DNA of 64,000 bases, from contig CAXXWX010000026.1 in the NCBI GenBank assembly GCA_963675745.2, positions 96,001 to 160,000 of the forward strand. Direction: 5' to 3'. Shown one piece after another: positions 20,145 to 31,797 of this stretch. Source of the DNA: Phycisphaerae bacterium. GTDB taxonomy: Bacteria > Planctomycetota > Phycisphaerae > UBA1845 > Fen-1342. Made by a program: the position numbers and the translations under genes. Numbering within the stretch: the first letter of the stretch is position 1; every line of letters starts with the position of its first letter. Below the pieces are notes generated by a model. It was given only the letters and a program-made list of their open reading frames with translations. It ran no database searches and was not told the origin of the DNA.

Positions 20145-20750
20145 CTAGCGGCGGCGAATCACGAGACCGGCGGCGAGCAGCAGCAACGTCAGAGAAGCCG
20201 GCTCGGGTACGGTGGCGCGCAGGTCGTCAAACGTCAGACCCAGGCCGGGGCTCACGTTACCGAGGATCTCAATCCGCGCGATTGGTGTGTCGCTATGCCA
20301 GCCACACCAAGTCCACACCGGGTGAGGCAGAGTGACCGGGACCGCATCAATGACACCGCCGGCCGCATCCTTGAAGGTGAAAGTCGTGCCGACCAGATCG
20401 TCAGCGGTACCGATGTAGCCGCCGAAGTCCACGACCGGCGTGTCGAACTCGATGCAGCCCCACCCAGTTGGCAAGCCGCCCATCAGGTTGCCGTTATAGG
20501 GGTAGATGGACTCGTCGGTAATGCCGCTGTAGAGGCTGTAGGCGATCATGACCGTGTGGGCAAGGTCGTCGTCCATGGCGGCCTGCCCCCCAAAGATGTC
20601 GAGCGGCCCTGGGTAGCCGCCGGGCGAGCCAATCGCCTCAAAGCCCTCATACATGTCCCCGGTGAATTCGCCGATTGAGACAACCGCCGCACTCGCGGAT
20701 CCGACCGCGATCATCAAGAGTGCGCAAAGCAGTGATCGTCGCAGGTTCAT
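20145..20750 (-). CDS. PEP-CTERM sorting domain protein
   Basis: Signal peptide ending ASA; C-terminal VPEPASLTLLLLAAGLVIRRR; GAGG RBS. Confidence 0.88.
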   Translation of the reverse strand: MNLRRSLLCALLMIAVGSASAAVVSIGEFTGDMYEGFEAIGSPGGYPGPLDIFGGQAAMDDDLAHTVMIAYSLYSGITDESIYPYNGNLMGGLPTGWGCIEFDTPVVDFGGYIGTADDLVGTTFTFKDAAGGVIDAVPVTLPHPVWTWCGWHSDTPIARIEILGNVSPGLGLTFDDLRATVPEPASLTLLLLAAGLVIRRR

Positions 20751-20947
20751 TCCTCTACCTCCTCAGTTTTGCGTGACGCTGACGCGCTACGAGCGTGTCC
20801 TCTGTAAGCACCATATATCTTCGCGAATGCCCGTGCAACCTTTTTCACGGTTTCTCGCACAAAAATTCGCACGAACAACACTGGCAATCGGTCGCAGCTT
20901 GGTTACAATACGACTTGGGTCACCGAAATGCTGATGCGGAGCTGAGG

Positions 20948-22177
20948 ATGCCTACCCGAACACCGGAACCGCCGATAATGCCCTTTCCTGTTCACGCCCG
21001 CGACGTGATGCGCTCAGTCCGCGGAGCCTTCGCCGAGTTAGCTACCAGCGTGGGCGCTGATCCACAGGACTCTCAGCGATTAAGCAGCATTTGCGGGCTC
21101 AACAAGAATCTGGCGTGGAAGGTCTCGAAGCTCATTCAGACCGAGGATCCGGCTATCGCGATACAGCAGATGCCCGGCTCCAGTGGTATCAGCATATTCT
21201 TGCGTAGCATGGAACGGGCGGGCGCCAAGAAGGAGCTTCTTGGCATGGCGCGCGAGGCCGTCAAGCACTTCGAAGAGCTCATCAAACTCCATTCCGGCGA
21301 TCGGGCCACGCTGGAAATGATGGGCAGCGCGCTGAGCACAAGCGGGCGTCAGCAGCGCGATGAGTATCACCGCAAGCTGCTCTTTCAGGGCGGGAGCTAC
21401 GTCTGGGGTGCCCAGGCACGTGTCATGGTGAAAGTCGGTGTTGTCGGCCCCGGGAAGGAGGACGGTCTGCTCGACTTCCTGTCGCTGAGCGCCCTGGTGG
21501 GTTTTCGCCGACTGCGGCCGGACGTCAGTTGGACGATGGCCGCCAGACGCGCACGCCACGACGATGGCAAGGCGATGTTCCCACCGACCCCGGAGCCCAT
21601 TGACCCGAGGTGCGCGGGCGAGGAAGACGCCCCTCTCATGCTCGATTACTGCTCCGGACCGGTGCCAAGCTTGCGGCGTGTTGTCGACGCGACCGGGATC
21701 AGCTTCGAGCTGCCGGAGGGCCCGGTTGGAAACACCGGCGCGATAACTTGTGTCACTGGTACGATCCAGCGCGGCATCCCGTACTACCGTTCGCCGTCGA
21801 ATGACCTGGGCGAGCACCGCGCTATGTGTGACTTGCCGGCCGAACTGCTACTCTTCGATCTCTATATGCACAACAGCTTCACGTTCGCGTTGCCGCCAAG
21901 GATGGCGTTTTACAGCGATCTGAGCCCGTACGGTACGTACCCTGGGCGCGGGCGCGAGTTCAACCGCTTGCCGATCCATGAGGAATTGCAGGATCTTGGT
22001 TGTGGACCGTTACCAGTGGCAACGCCCGATGTCGCGAGCTACAACCAGATGGTGCAGAGCATGTTTGATCGTGTCGCGTGGAGCCCGACCGACTTCCACG
22101 GATACCGGGTGAAGATCGCGTACCCGGCGTGCCCCGCATCGATCGTGCTGCGGTACAACCTCCCCGAAGCGCCGTAG
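20948..22177 (+). CDS. Hypothetical cytoplasmic protein, putative regulator with HTH-like N-terminus
   Basis: Long ORF divergent from the PEP-CTERM pair; SQRLSSICGLNKNLAWKVSKLI is HTH-like; start codon uncertain. Confidence 0.65.
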   Translation: MPTRTPEPPIMPFPVHARDVMRSVRGAFAELATSVGADPQDSQRLSSICGLNKNLAWKVSKLIQTEDPAIAIQQMPGSSGISIFLRSMERAGAKKELLGMAREAVKHFEELIKLHSGDRATLEMMGSALSTSGRQQRDEYHRKLLFQGGSYVWGAQARVMVKVGVVGPGKEDGLLDFLSLSALVGFRRLRPDVSWTMAARRARHDDGKAMFPPTPEPIDPRCAGEEDAPLMLDYCSGPVPSLRRVVDATGISFELPEGPVGNTGAITCVTGTIQRGIPYYRSPSNDLGEHRAMCDLPAELLLFDLYMHNSFTFALPPRMAFYSDLSPYGTYPGRGREFNRLPIHEELQDLGCGPLPVATPDVASYNQMVQSMFDRVAWSPTDFHGYRVKIAYPACPASIVLRYNLPEAP

Positions 22178-22362
22178 CGGCGCGATTACGTTTGATCAAG
22201 CTGATGGCCATTTGTCCCGGGCGTCACGCGGCCGACGTGATGCTCCGCGCGACTGGGCGCAATGGAGCAGCGGTGCCGGCGCCAACCGCGCTGCCAGCTG
22301 ACCCGCATATTTCGTACATGGTCGTAATCGGGTCGGCGCGGCGTGGGTGGCGCCCGTAGCGC

Positions 22363-22809
22363 GGAAGCCAACGGCTCCCCGGCATCCGGCGTCTGCGCCG
22401 CCAGCGTTTGCAGCAGCGGATCGTCGCGCAGTGTTTGGTGGTCGTTGAGATCTTCGTAGCCCAGGGCAAAGCCATGCACACGCTGGGCCGGCATCGTGCG
22501 TTGTTCGTGCTGGATCAGCACTGGCTTGCTGGGATCGGGGATGACCTCGGCCAGCGCGGCTGTCAGGCCCAGCCAGCGGACGACCTCCCGCAACAACAAC
22601 CCGCCCGCGCCGAACGTGATCGTCCCGCCAACAAAACCGGCGACGATGTCCTTGCGATTGAGGTTCGAAAGGCGAGCCGGTTTGCGGTTACACTCTGTCA
22701 CACGCGGCCCACTTGCCTCTGGCTTCGATAGCCGTCTCAACCATCGAATACACAGAGGCCTGGAGCCCCGCGCTACTTCGGCATTTTGGCAACATATGAG
22801 ATATCCGGG
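22363..22809 (-). mobile_element. IS1380-family remnant (left end plus degenerate 5' third of transposase)
   Basis: GTG 22701: VTECNRKP...GGTIT..GGLLLRE...QRVHGFALGYEDLNDHQTLRDDPLL...LAS; terminus CCCGGATATCTCA ending at 22809; no DDE core. Confidence 0.85.
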
Positions 22810-22812
22810 CTA

Positions 22813-23907
<1,095 letters not shown>

Positions 23908-24054
23908 ATGCTCGTGGCTTCTCGACAACGCCGCCAAGCCTCTGCGCAGGCTCCGTGAGCAGGCGCTATCAGTGTCCGTGTGCATGATCGCGTGCAAGGC
24001 CGGTCGAGTCGGCGCGCAACATCTCTCTGCCGGTAGCAACGGATAGTGGAATCG

Positions 24055-24197
24055 TTGGGTTTGGCTGGGCTTGTAGCTATTGACAGTTGCATGGATGAAG
24101 CTGAGCTTTCGATCTCCGCCGTCACGCACTCCGCACTCGCTCAGCCCAACGCAGCATACACAGATCTCGACGGACACCTCGACCTAGTCGGCGATCT
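24055..24197 (+). pseudogene. Degenerate C-terminal fragment of a dipeptide epimerase (enolase superfamily)
   Basis: CMDEAELSISAVTHSALAQPNAAYTDLDGHLDLVGD resembles the GCMxE...DLDG motifs of L-Ala-D/L-Glu epimerases; rest of gene not seen. Confidence 0.6.
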
Positions 24198-24415
24198 GAG
24201 AGCCTCTGGGAAATCCACGTGCCCCCCCGTCGCCGACCTTCTCCCGGTCTTCGGGGGCGGTTACACTGGCTGGCTTGGCAAGGCAGCACGCGTCGCCCCG
24301 CCGGCCAAGCATCAACCGGGAACCCGGCTGGAAACGGTTCTCGGCGTGGATCGGCGGTCGTCTGTTGACAGCGTGTGCCGATGTTGACTCCGTTTTGGAT
24401 TGAGGGACCGATTAC

Positions 24416-25702
24416 ATGAGCACCAAGCCGTTCAACGCGTTCGCGATGGCGCAGGCCCAATTCGACAAAGTCGCCGAGAGTCTCGGGTTGGATCAAGGGA
24501 CCAAAGACCTCTTGCGACAGCCAATGCGCGAGTATCACTTCAGTCTGCCGGTGCGGATGGATGACGGCACAACCAAGGTGTTTCACGGGTTTCGCGTACA
24601 GCACAATGATGCCCGTGGCCCGGCCAAGGGCGGCATCCGATTCCACCCACAGGAAACGGCCGATACCGTGCGGGCGCTGTCGATGTGGATGACATGGAAG
24701 TGTGCCGTCGCCAACCTGCCACTGGGCGGCGGTAAGGGTGGCGTGATCTGCGAGCCACACAACCTGAGCATGCCCGAGCAGGAACGTATTTGCAGGGCGT
24801 ACGTGCGTCAGATCGCGCGAGATGTCGGACCGCTCCGCGACGTGCCCGCACCCGACGTGATGACGTCCGGTCAACACATGCTCTGGATGCTGGACGAGTA
24901 CGAGCAAATCCGCGGCGCGCACTATCCGGGCGTCATAACCGGTAAACCCGTCGGCATGGGAGGATCGCTCGGAAGAACCGAGGCCACGGGCTACGGCGTG
25001 ATCTTCGCCGTGCGTGAAGCGCTCAAGGAACTGAACGTGCGGCCGCAGGACACGATCGCCGCCGTGCAGGGCTTTGGTAACGTTGCCCAGTTCGCAATCG
25101 AGTTGTACAACGAGATTGGCGGCACCATCATCGCCGTTTCGTGTTGGGATCAGGAAGATCAGCAGCCCTACACCTTCCGAAAGAAGGACGGCGTGGACCT
25201 CGCTGAATTGCGGAAGATCACGGACCGCTTCGGCGGCATCAACAAGCAGAAGGCGGCCGGACTCGGATATGAGCAGTTGCCGGGAGATGCGTGGATTGAG
25301 CAGGACGTCGACATACTCATGCCTTGCGCCCTCGAGAACTCAATCACCGGCGACAACGTGTCGAGTATTTCCAGGCGCGTCAAGCTCATCGCCGAGGGGG
25401 CGAATGGGCCCACCACGCCCGACGCCGACCACGTGCTGCACGAGCGCGGCGTTTTTGTGATTCCCGATTTCCTGGCCAATGCCGGTGGCGTAACTTGCAG
25501 CTACCTCGAACAGGTACAGAGCAACATGAACTACTTCTGGGAAAAGGACGAGGTGCTCGGCAAGCTCGACACCATGATGACCTCGGCCTTCATTGCCGTG
25601 AGTGATATGGCACGCAAGCGCAAGCTTCACATGCGCGACGCGGCGTACACGATCGCCATTGCGCGCGTGGCCCAGGCCTGTAAGGACCGCGGCTGGGTAT
25701 AG
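24416..25702 (+). CDS. gdhA: Glu/Leu/Phe/Val dehydrogenase, likely glutamate dehydrogenase
   Basis: GPAKGGIRFHP, GGGKGG, DVPAPD, TGKP, ATGYG, QGFGNVA, EGANGP. Confidence 0.93.
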   Translation: MSTKPFNAFAMAQAQFDKVAESLGLDQGTKDLLRQPMREYHFSLPVRMDDGTTKVFHGFRVQHNDARGPAKGGIRFHPQETADTVRALSMWMTWKCAVANLPLGGGKGGVICEPHNLSMPEQERICRAYVRQIARDVGPLRDVPAPDVMTSGQHMLWMLDEYEQIRGAHYPGVITGKPVGMGGSLGRTEATGYGVIFAVREALKELNVRPQDTIAAVQGFGNVAQFAIELYNEIGGTIIAVSCWDQEDQQPYTFRKKDGVDLAELRKITDRFGGINKQKAAGLGYEQLPGDAWIEQDVDILMPCALENSITGDNVSSISRRVKLIAEGANGPTTPDADHVLHERGVFVIPDFLANAGGVTCSYLEQVQSNMNYFWEKDEVLGKLDTMMTSAFIAVSDMARKRKLHMRDAAYTIAIARVAQACKDRGWV

Positions 25703-25735
25703 CGACGACAACCAGACAACTTGGCGGGCAAGTCG

Positions 25736-27481
25736 ATGAGCGGTTCGCCGGATACAGGCATGTTCCCGCCATTCGACCGCAAGTTCTTCGAGTCGGATGA
25801 AGACTTCACGGTCATCGGCGGCGGCGAGTTGGGCGGAAAGGCCCTGGGGCTGGCCGCCGCGAAACGCATCGTGCAAGAGGCATTTCCGCCGGAGACAATC
25901 CCCGGCGTGCAAGTCAGCATTCCGCGCCTGACCGTGCTCGGGTCCGAGGTCTTCGAGCAGTTCATGGCCAAAAACGACCTCTACGAGGTCGCTCTGGCGG
26001 ACCTGTCCGACGAGCGGATTGCACACGCGTTCGTACACGCGGAGTTGCCCGCTGCATTCGTCGGCGACCTGCGCGCCCTGATCGCCGAGATCCACACGCC
26101 GCTGGCCGTACGCTCGTCCAGCCGGCTGGAAGACGCGCTCAAACACCCTTTCGCGGGCGTCTACGCGACCAAGATGATCCCGAACAACCAGGCCACGGTG
26201 GGCGACCGTTTCAAGAAGCTGGCCGAGGCGATCAAGTTCGTCTGGGCCTCGACCTTTTTTCGAGATGCAAAGAGCTACATGCGCATAATCGACCACCCGC
26301 TCGCGGACGAGCGGATGTCGGTCATCATCCAGGAAGTCGTGGGAGAGCGCTTCGGAGAACGGTTTTACCCGGTCATCTCCGGCGTAATCCGCACGCACAA
26401 TTACTATCCAAGCGGTCCCGCGGCCCCCGCCGACGGCGTCGTCAGCCTGGCATTGGGGCTCGGGAAGACGATTGTCGATGGCGGCGTGACCTGGACCTAC
26501 AGCCCGCGCTTTCCGAGACATCGTCCGCCCTTCGCTTCGGCGCGCGAGTTGCTGAAGAACACGCAGACACGGTTCTGGGCGGTCAGCATGAAACCGGCGC
26601 CGTACGCCCCCATCAGTGAGGCCGAGCACCTGGTGCAGTTGGGGCTCGACGCAGCCGAGTGGGATGACGTGCTGCGCTACACCGCTTCCACCTTCGACGC
26701 CGCCTCGGATCGACTGACACTCGGTACCGCCACAGAGGGCCCCCGCGTCCTTACATTCGGCCGAATCCTGGAGCTTGGCGATGTTCCGTTGAACGACGTT
26801 GTAAATCGGCTGGCGGACTGCTGCAAGGACACACTTCAAGCGGAGGTTGAGATCGAGTTCGCGCTGACGCTGGACCGCCGGGAGGGCCTGCCAGCCCGAT
26901 TTGGCCTGTTGCAGGTGCGGCCGATGATGGTGGCGCGCGATCATGTTACGGTTGATGATGCAACTCTGAGCAGCAGCCGGGCGCTGGTGGCCAGCGAGAT
27001 TGTCCTGGGCAACGGTCAGAACAACGGGATCAGCGACGTTGTCTATGTGAAGCCCGCGACATTTGAGGCGAAACACACGCCGGCGATCGCCGCTGAAATC
27101 GAGGCGTTGAACCGGGAACTCGTCGCCGCCGAAGCGATGTACGTGTTGATCGGCTTCGGCCGATGGGGCAGCAGCGACCCCTGGCTGGGAATCCCCGCTA
27201 CATGGCCGCAGATCTCCGCCGCACGGGTGATTGTCGAGGCCACGCTGCCCGAGATGAACGTCGACGCCAGCCAGGGATCACACTTCTTCCACAACATGAT
27301 CAGCTTTGGGGTGCTCTACTTCACGGTGCGACACACGGGCGGTTACGCGATCGACTGGGAGTGGCTTGACGCGCAGCCGGCGGCGTCCGAAACTCACTTC
27401 CTGCGGCACGTGCGGTTGCGCGCCCCCCTGGACGTGCGTGTTGACGGTCGTCATGGCCGCGGCGTGATTCTACACCCCTGA
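25736..27481 (+). CDS. PEP-synthase/PPDK N-terminal (ATP-grasp) domain protein lacking the C-terminal PEP-utilising barrel
   Basis: GGKALGL, AVRSSSRLED, FAGVYAT, IQEVVG, GLGKTIVDG, EIEFA, LLQVRP; C-terminal GRWGS...SQGSHFFHN. Confidence 0.85.
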   Translation: MSGSPDTGMFPPFDRKFFESDEDFTVIGGGELGGKALGLAAAKRIVQEAFPPETIPGVQVSIPRLTVLGSEVFEQFMAKNDLYEVALADLSDERIAHAFVHAELPAAFVGDLRALIAEIHTPLAVRSSSRLEDALKHPFAGVYATKMIPNNQATVGDRFKKLAEAIKFVWASTFFRDAKSYMRIIDHPLADERMSVIIQEVVGERFGERFYPVISGVIRTHNYYPSGPAAPADGVVSLALGLGKTIVDGGVTWTYSPRFPRHRPPFASARELLKNTQTRFWAVSMKPAPYAPISEAEHLVQLGLDAAEWDDVLRYTASTFDAASDRLTLGTATEGPRVLTFGRILELGDVPLNDVVNRLADCCKDTLQAEVEIEFALTLDRREGLPARFGLLQVRPMMVARDHVTVDDATLSSSRALVASEIVLGNGQNNGISDVVYVKPATFEAKHTPAIAAEIEALNRELVAAEAMYVLIGFGRWGSSDPWLGIPATWPQISAARVIVEATLPEMNVDASQGSHFFHNMISFGVLYFTVRHTGGYAIDWEWLDAQPAASETHFLRHVRLRAPLDVRVDGRHGRGVILHP

Positions 27482-27506
27482 GCCGCTTCACTGGCGGAGG
27501 CCTCTG

Positions 27507-30500
27507 ATGCCTGATCCAGACGAACGCGTTGCCGACATCCTGCGCTCGCTCCAGGAGCGCGCGAAGGAGCTTAACTGCCTATATCGAGTCGAGGAGATCA
27601 TCAGTGCCGAAGAGCTGACGCTCGATGACGTGTTTCAAGGCGTGGTCGAGGTCGTTCCGCCCGGTTGGCAGTATCCCGACGTGTGCGTTGCGCGCATTCG
27701 CTATGAAGACAAAGACTATGCCTTTGGTGACTTCCGCGAAAGCGAGTGGAGCCAGGAGGCCACGATCCGCGCGTATGGCGAACCGGTCGGCGCGCTGAAG
27801 GTCGTCTACTTGCAGCAGATGCCACAGGCCGACGAGGGCCCGTTCCTGAAAGAGGAACGCAAGCTGCTCGAAACCATCGCCGACCGCCTTGGGAGCTGCA
27901 TCACGCACCACCGGCTGCTGGAGGCCATGCGGGATGTGCGCGGGACTGCTCGTGCCACCGCCAAACGCGGGCATGAGTGGCTGGCGATCCTGGACCTCTT
28001 GCGTCGCACGGATCAGAGCCTGCTCATGCGCGTCGCCCGGAAGATGATCAACCACCTATGCTGGAGTGGTGTGAAGGAGGCGGGCGCGCTGCTGCGCGAC
28101 TTCCGTCCGCCGGGCGATGCGAACGAATCGGACGTGTTCTTTGAGTCGAATCGGCCGCGCGGCCGCGATGCGGCCCCCTCGGCGACGGACCTGGCGGATC
28201 AGGTCTTCGACCTGGCGGCCATGCACCTCAGCGACGACGAGATTATCTCGTGCGTCCACAACTGGATTAAGCAAGACCGCGCCAGCTTCCTGGTAAACAC
28301 GCTGGAGAACTACCACACCTCCATCTCCGAGGTCGGCGACGCCATCCAACGCTATCAACATGCCGGCCACGGCGAAGTGGAGCTCTCACCCTCCACGCGC
28401 AAGGGTCTGCTGGTGTCGCTGGTGCGACGTTTCCTGTCGGACCAGCTTGAGTACATCAACGTTGCCAAGAACTACGTCGAGATCGCCGACTTTCATCAGC
28501 TCATTCGGCGTTTGATCTATCCGGCCCGGGGGCACGGGAAGACTGGTGGAAAAGGGGCGGGGCTGTTCCTGGCCTACCAGATCGTGCGGCGTCATCACGG
28601 CGAAAACGAACTGCTGGCCCAGATCAAAACCCCCAGAACCTGGTATCTCACGTCTGACGGCATGCACGATTTCGTGTATTGCAATCACCTCGAGGACGTG
28701 TTCTCGCAGAAGTACAAGGAGACCGACGAAGTCCGCCAGGAGTATCCGGACATCGTGCAGGTCTTTAAGAACTCGCAGTTTTCGTCCGCGATCGTCAAGG
28801 GGCTCTCGCTGGCACTCGACGACCTGGGCGACCGGCCGCTAATCGTCCGGAGCTCCAGCTTGCTGGAAGACCGCTTCGGGGCGGCGTTTTCCGGGAAGTA
28901 CAAGAGCTTGTTCCTGGCAAACCGCGGCACGAAGCAGGAGCGGCTCGACGCACTGATGGACGCCATCGCCGAGGTGTATGCGTCGACCTTCGGTCCCGAC
29001 CCGATCCAGTACCGCGCCGAGCGGAATCTGCTGGACTTCCAGGAAGGCATGGGTGTGCTGATCCAGGAAGTGGTTGGCACCCACATTGGTGATTACTTCC
29101 TGCCCGCCTTCGCCGGTGTCGCCTTCAGCCACAACGAGTTTCGGTGGTCCCCGCGGATCAAGCGCGAGGACGGCCTGGTGCGGCTGGTGCCCGGACTTGG
29201 GGACGCGCGCTGTGGATCGCCTGGGTGACGATTTTCCGATCCTCGTCTCTCCCGGCCAACCGGGACTGCGGGCCAACGCGACGCCGGAGGAAACCGCGCG
29301 CTACGCTCCGCGCTACGCGGATGTTATCAATCTCAACACGAACCAGTTCGAAACGATCGATGTCGTAGAGTTCCTGCGTGGCGCCGGCGAACGCATGCCC
29401 GCCCTCGAGCAACTCGTCTCCGTATATGAGCACGGCCACCTGCGCCAGCCCATGCTGGGCAGTGTGGATTTCGAGAAAGACGACCTGGTGGTGACGTTTG
29501 AAGGGTTGCTGAATCGGACACCGCTGGTGAAGCAGCTTCACGCCCTGCTCAATCTGCTCGAGCGCGAATTGCGCCATCCGGCCGACATCGAATTCGCCTC
29601 GGATGGCGAGCACCTCTACTTGCTGCAATGTCGCGCACAGGCCCCGGCGAAACACGTTGAGCCGGCCCCCATTCCGCGTGATATCCCCCACAACCGGCTG
29701 GTCTTCTCCGCGAATCGTTACGTCTCGAATGGGACGGTGCCGAACATCACGCACATTGTTTATGTAGATCCCGAGCAATACGCCAACCTCGGCAGTCGGG
29801 AGGAGTTGATTGCCGTCGGACGGGCGGTAGGCAAGCTGAACAAGCTGCTTCCCAAGCGGCAGTTCATCCTGATGGGGCCTGGCCGATGGGGCAGCCGCGG
29901 CGACGTCAAACTCGGCGTGCCCGTGACGTACTCCGACATCAACAACACCGCGATGCTGATTGAGATTGCGCGCAAAACCGGCGAGTACACGCCGGACGTG
30001 TCCTTTGGTACCCACTTCTTCCAGGACCTCGTGGAGGCGGAGATCCGGTATCTGCCGCTCTATCCGGACGACGACGAAGTCGAATTCAATGAGCTGTTCC
30101 TGACGCGCAGTCCGAACCTGCTCGCAAAACTGGCGCCGGAGCACGCCGCGCTGGGCGACACGATTCGCGTAATCGACATTCCACAATCGGCGGATGGTCA
30201 GGTGCTGTACGTGCTGATGAATGCCGAGTTCGACGAGGCTGTGGGTGTGCTCACCGAGGCCACGGAATACGTCGATCACGAAACTGACGCGCGGCGTGCG
30301 CTCACGGCCCAGGACGGGCCGGATTGGCGCTGGCGCGCCCGCATGGCGGAGAGCATTGCGGCCCGCCTCGACGCCGCGCGATTCGGCGTCAAGGCCATAT
30401 ACCTGATCGGCAGCACGAAGAACGCGACCGCCGGCCCCGCCAGCGACATCGACCTGCTCGTGCATTTCGCCGGGACGGACGATCAGCGCCGCGATCTCGA

Positions 30501-30702
30501 GCAGTGGTTTGAGGGTTGGAGTCTGTCACTCGGCGAGATCAATTACCTGCGCACCGGGTACCGAACCGAGGGTCTGCTTGACGTTCACATCATAACCGAC
30601 GAGGACATCGCCAGACGCACGAGTTACGCCGTCAAGATTGGCGCCGTGACGGACGCGGCCCGTGAACTGTCGCTCGGCCCGGATAATTCACCGGCTATAT
30701 GA
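27507..30702 (+). CDS. GAF-like N-terminus + PPDK_N ATP-grasp + C-terminal nucleotidyltransferase protein; apparent +1 frameshift at GGGG 29199-29202
   Basis: LQERAKELNCLY..GPFLKEERKLL; GGKGAGL, IVRSSSLLED, FSGKY; GLG|TRAVDR split across frames; DIEFA, LLQCR; GRWGS..SFGTHFF; YLIGS..GPASDIDLLV. Corrected length 1064 aa. Confidence 0.85.
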
Positions 30703-31558
30703 GCGTGCGCGAGGCCTGCGCCGGTTTTTCCGGATCAAACCTCACCAGCGCAAGCTCCGGGCCGTCGTGCGCGGCAGTGTAGCAATGCGTGCGACCGATG
30801 CGCTGTGACCACGCGCCGGTGATCCTGGCCGATTCGTGGACATGGCCGTGCAGCGTAATCAGCGGCTGCCTCTCCTCGATAAACCGCTGAACGGCGATAC
30901 TGCCCACATGAACGTCAAGCGGCGCGTGGTCGATCATCTTGCCGTCGAGCGCCGCGCGATCCAGCTTGGTGTTGTGAGGCGGAGAGTGAAAGAGGAAGAT
31001 CGCCCGATCCACTGATCGGCTGCCGACCAACGTGTCCAGCTCGCCTCTGATTGTGGCATGACGGAGCTGACTCTCCGGAACGGGGACCGAGCGATAACCT
31101 TGCTCCGGCGCGACGCAGCCGGGGTCAACATACCGCGAAACGTCGTATCGTTCCCAGTCCTTGAGCAGGAACGGCGTGGGCGGCACATAGGCGAGTCCGT
31201 AGACATCGTAGCCCTCGAACCCAACCCGGCGATCGTGAACGTACCGCCAGATACCGGTCGTTGCCGCCGCGATGATCGTCGCCTCTTCAGATCGACTGTC
31301 ATCGTTGCCGAGGATCACGAACACACGCGGGTAATCTCGGCCCAGATCCTCGCGGAGCCGCTGCAACTGTCGCACAAGGAAGCCGTTAACAAAGTCCTCG
31401 TGATCAAAGTCCAGCGAGTCCAGCGCGGTGAGGCCGGCGGGAAGCAAGTCCCCCCCCATAAACACGGCAGTCGGGCGCTCGTCGCCGATCAGCCGGAAGA
31501 GCGTTCGGTAACGGTCCAGTTGGCCGTGGAGGTCGGAAACAAAAAAGCAGTGCGCCAT
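30695..31558 (-). CDS. Metallophosphoesterase (calcineurin-like)
   Basis: SDLHG, GGDL, LGNDD, HSPP, HGHVHE. Confidence 0.88.
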   Translation of the reverse strand: MAHCFFVSDLHGQLDRYRTLFRLIGDERPTAVFMGGDLLPAGLTALDSLDFDHEDFVNGFLVRQLQRLREDLGRDYPRVFVILGNDDSRSEEATIIAAATTGIWRYVHDRRVGFEGYDVYGLAYVPPTPFLLKDWERYDVSRYVDPGCVAPEQGYRSVPVPESQLRHATIRGELDTLVGSRSVDRAIFLFHSPPHNTKLDRAALDGKMIDHAPLDVHVGSIAVQRFIEERQPLITLHGHVHESARITGAWSQRIGRTHCYTAAHDGPELALVRFDPEKPAQASRTLI

Positions 31559-31797
31559 CCGTGCCCTCAACCGGTTAGGCGATGAATATCATGGCGAAGC
31601 GCCCACATGATACGCCTGCTCGGTCTCGGGAGCGATCATTGTCCAACCGGGCCGACCAGATTCAGGCACAGCGGCCGCGTGGGTTCATGGGACCCGATTC
31701 CTCGATCGCGTTGCAACTCCGCCCATGACCTGCTATCTGTACCCACGTAATAAGTGATGCCCGCACCGAACAGACGAACCAACACGGAGATGATGTG

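Noticed and set aside
29199..29202. Programmed ribosomal frameshift
   Set aside because: No X XXY YYZ slippery heptamer, the break lies inside a conserved domain, and similar single-base breaks occur in unrelated genes
25736..30702. Annotation as ppsA (PEP synthase)
   Set aside because: No canonical His-swivel motif and no C-terminal PEP/pyruvate barrel
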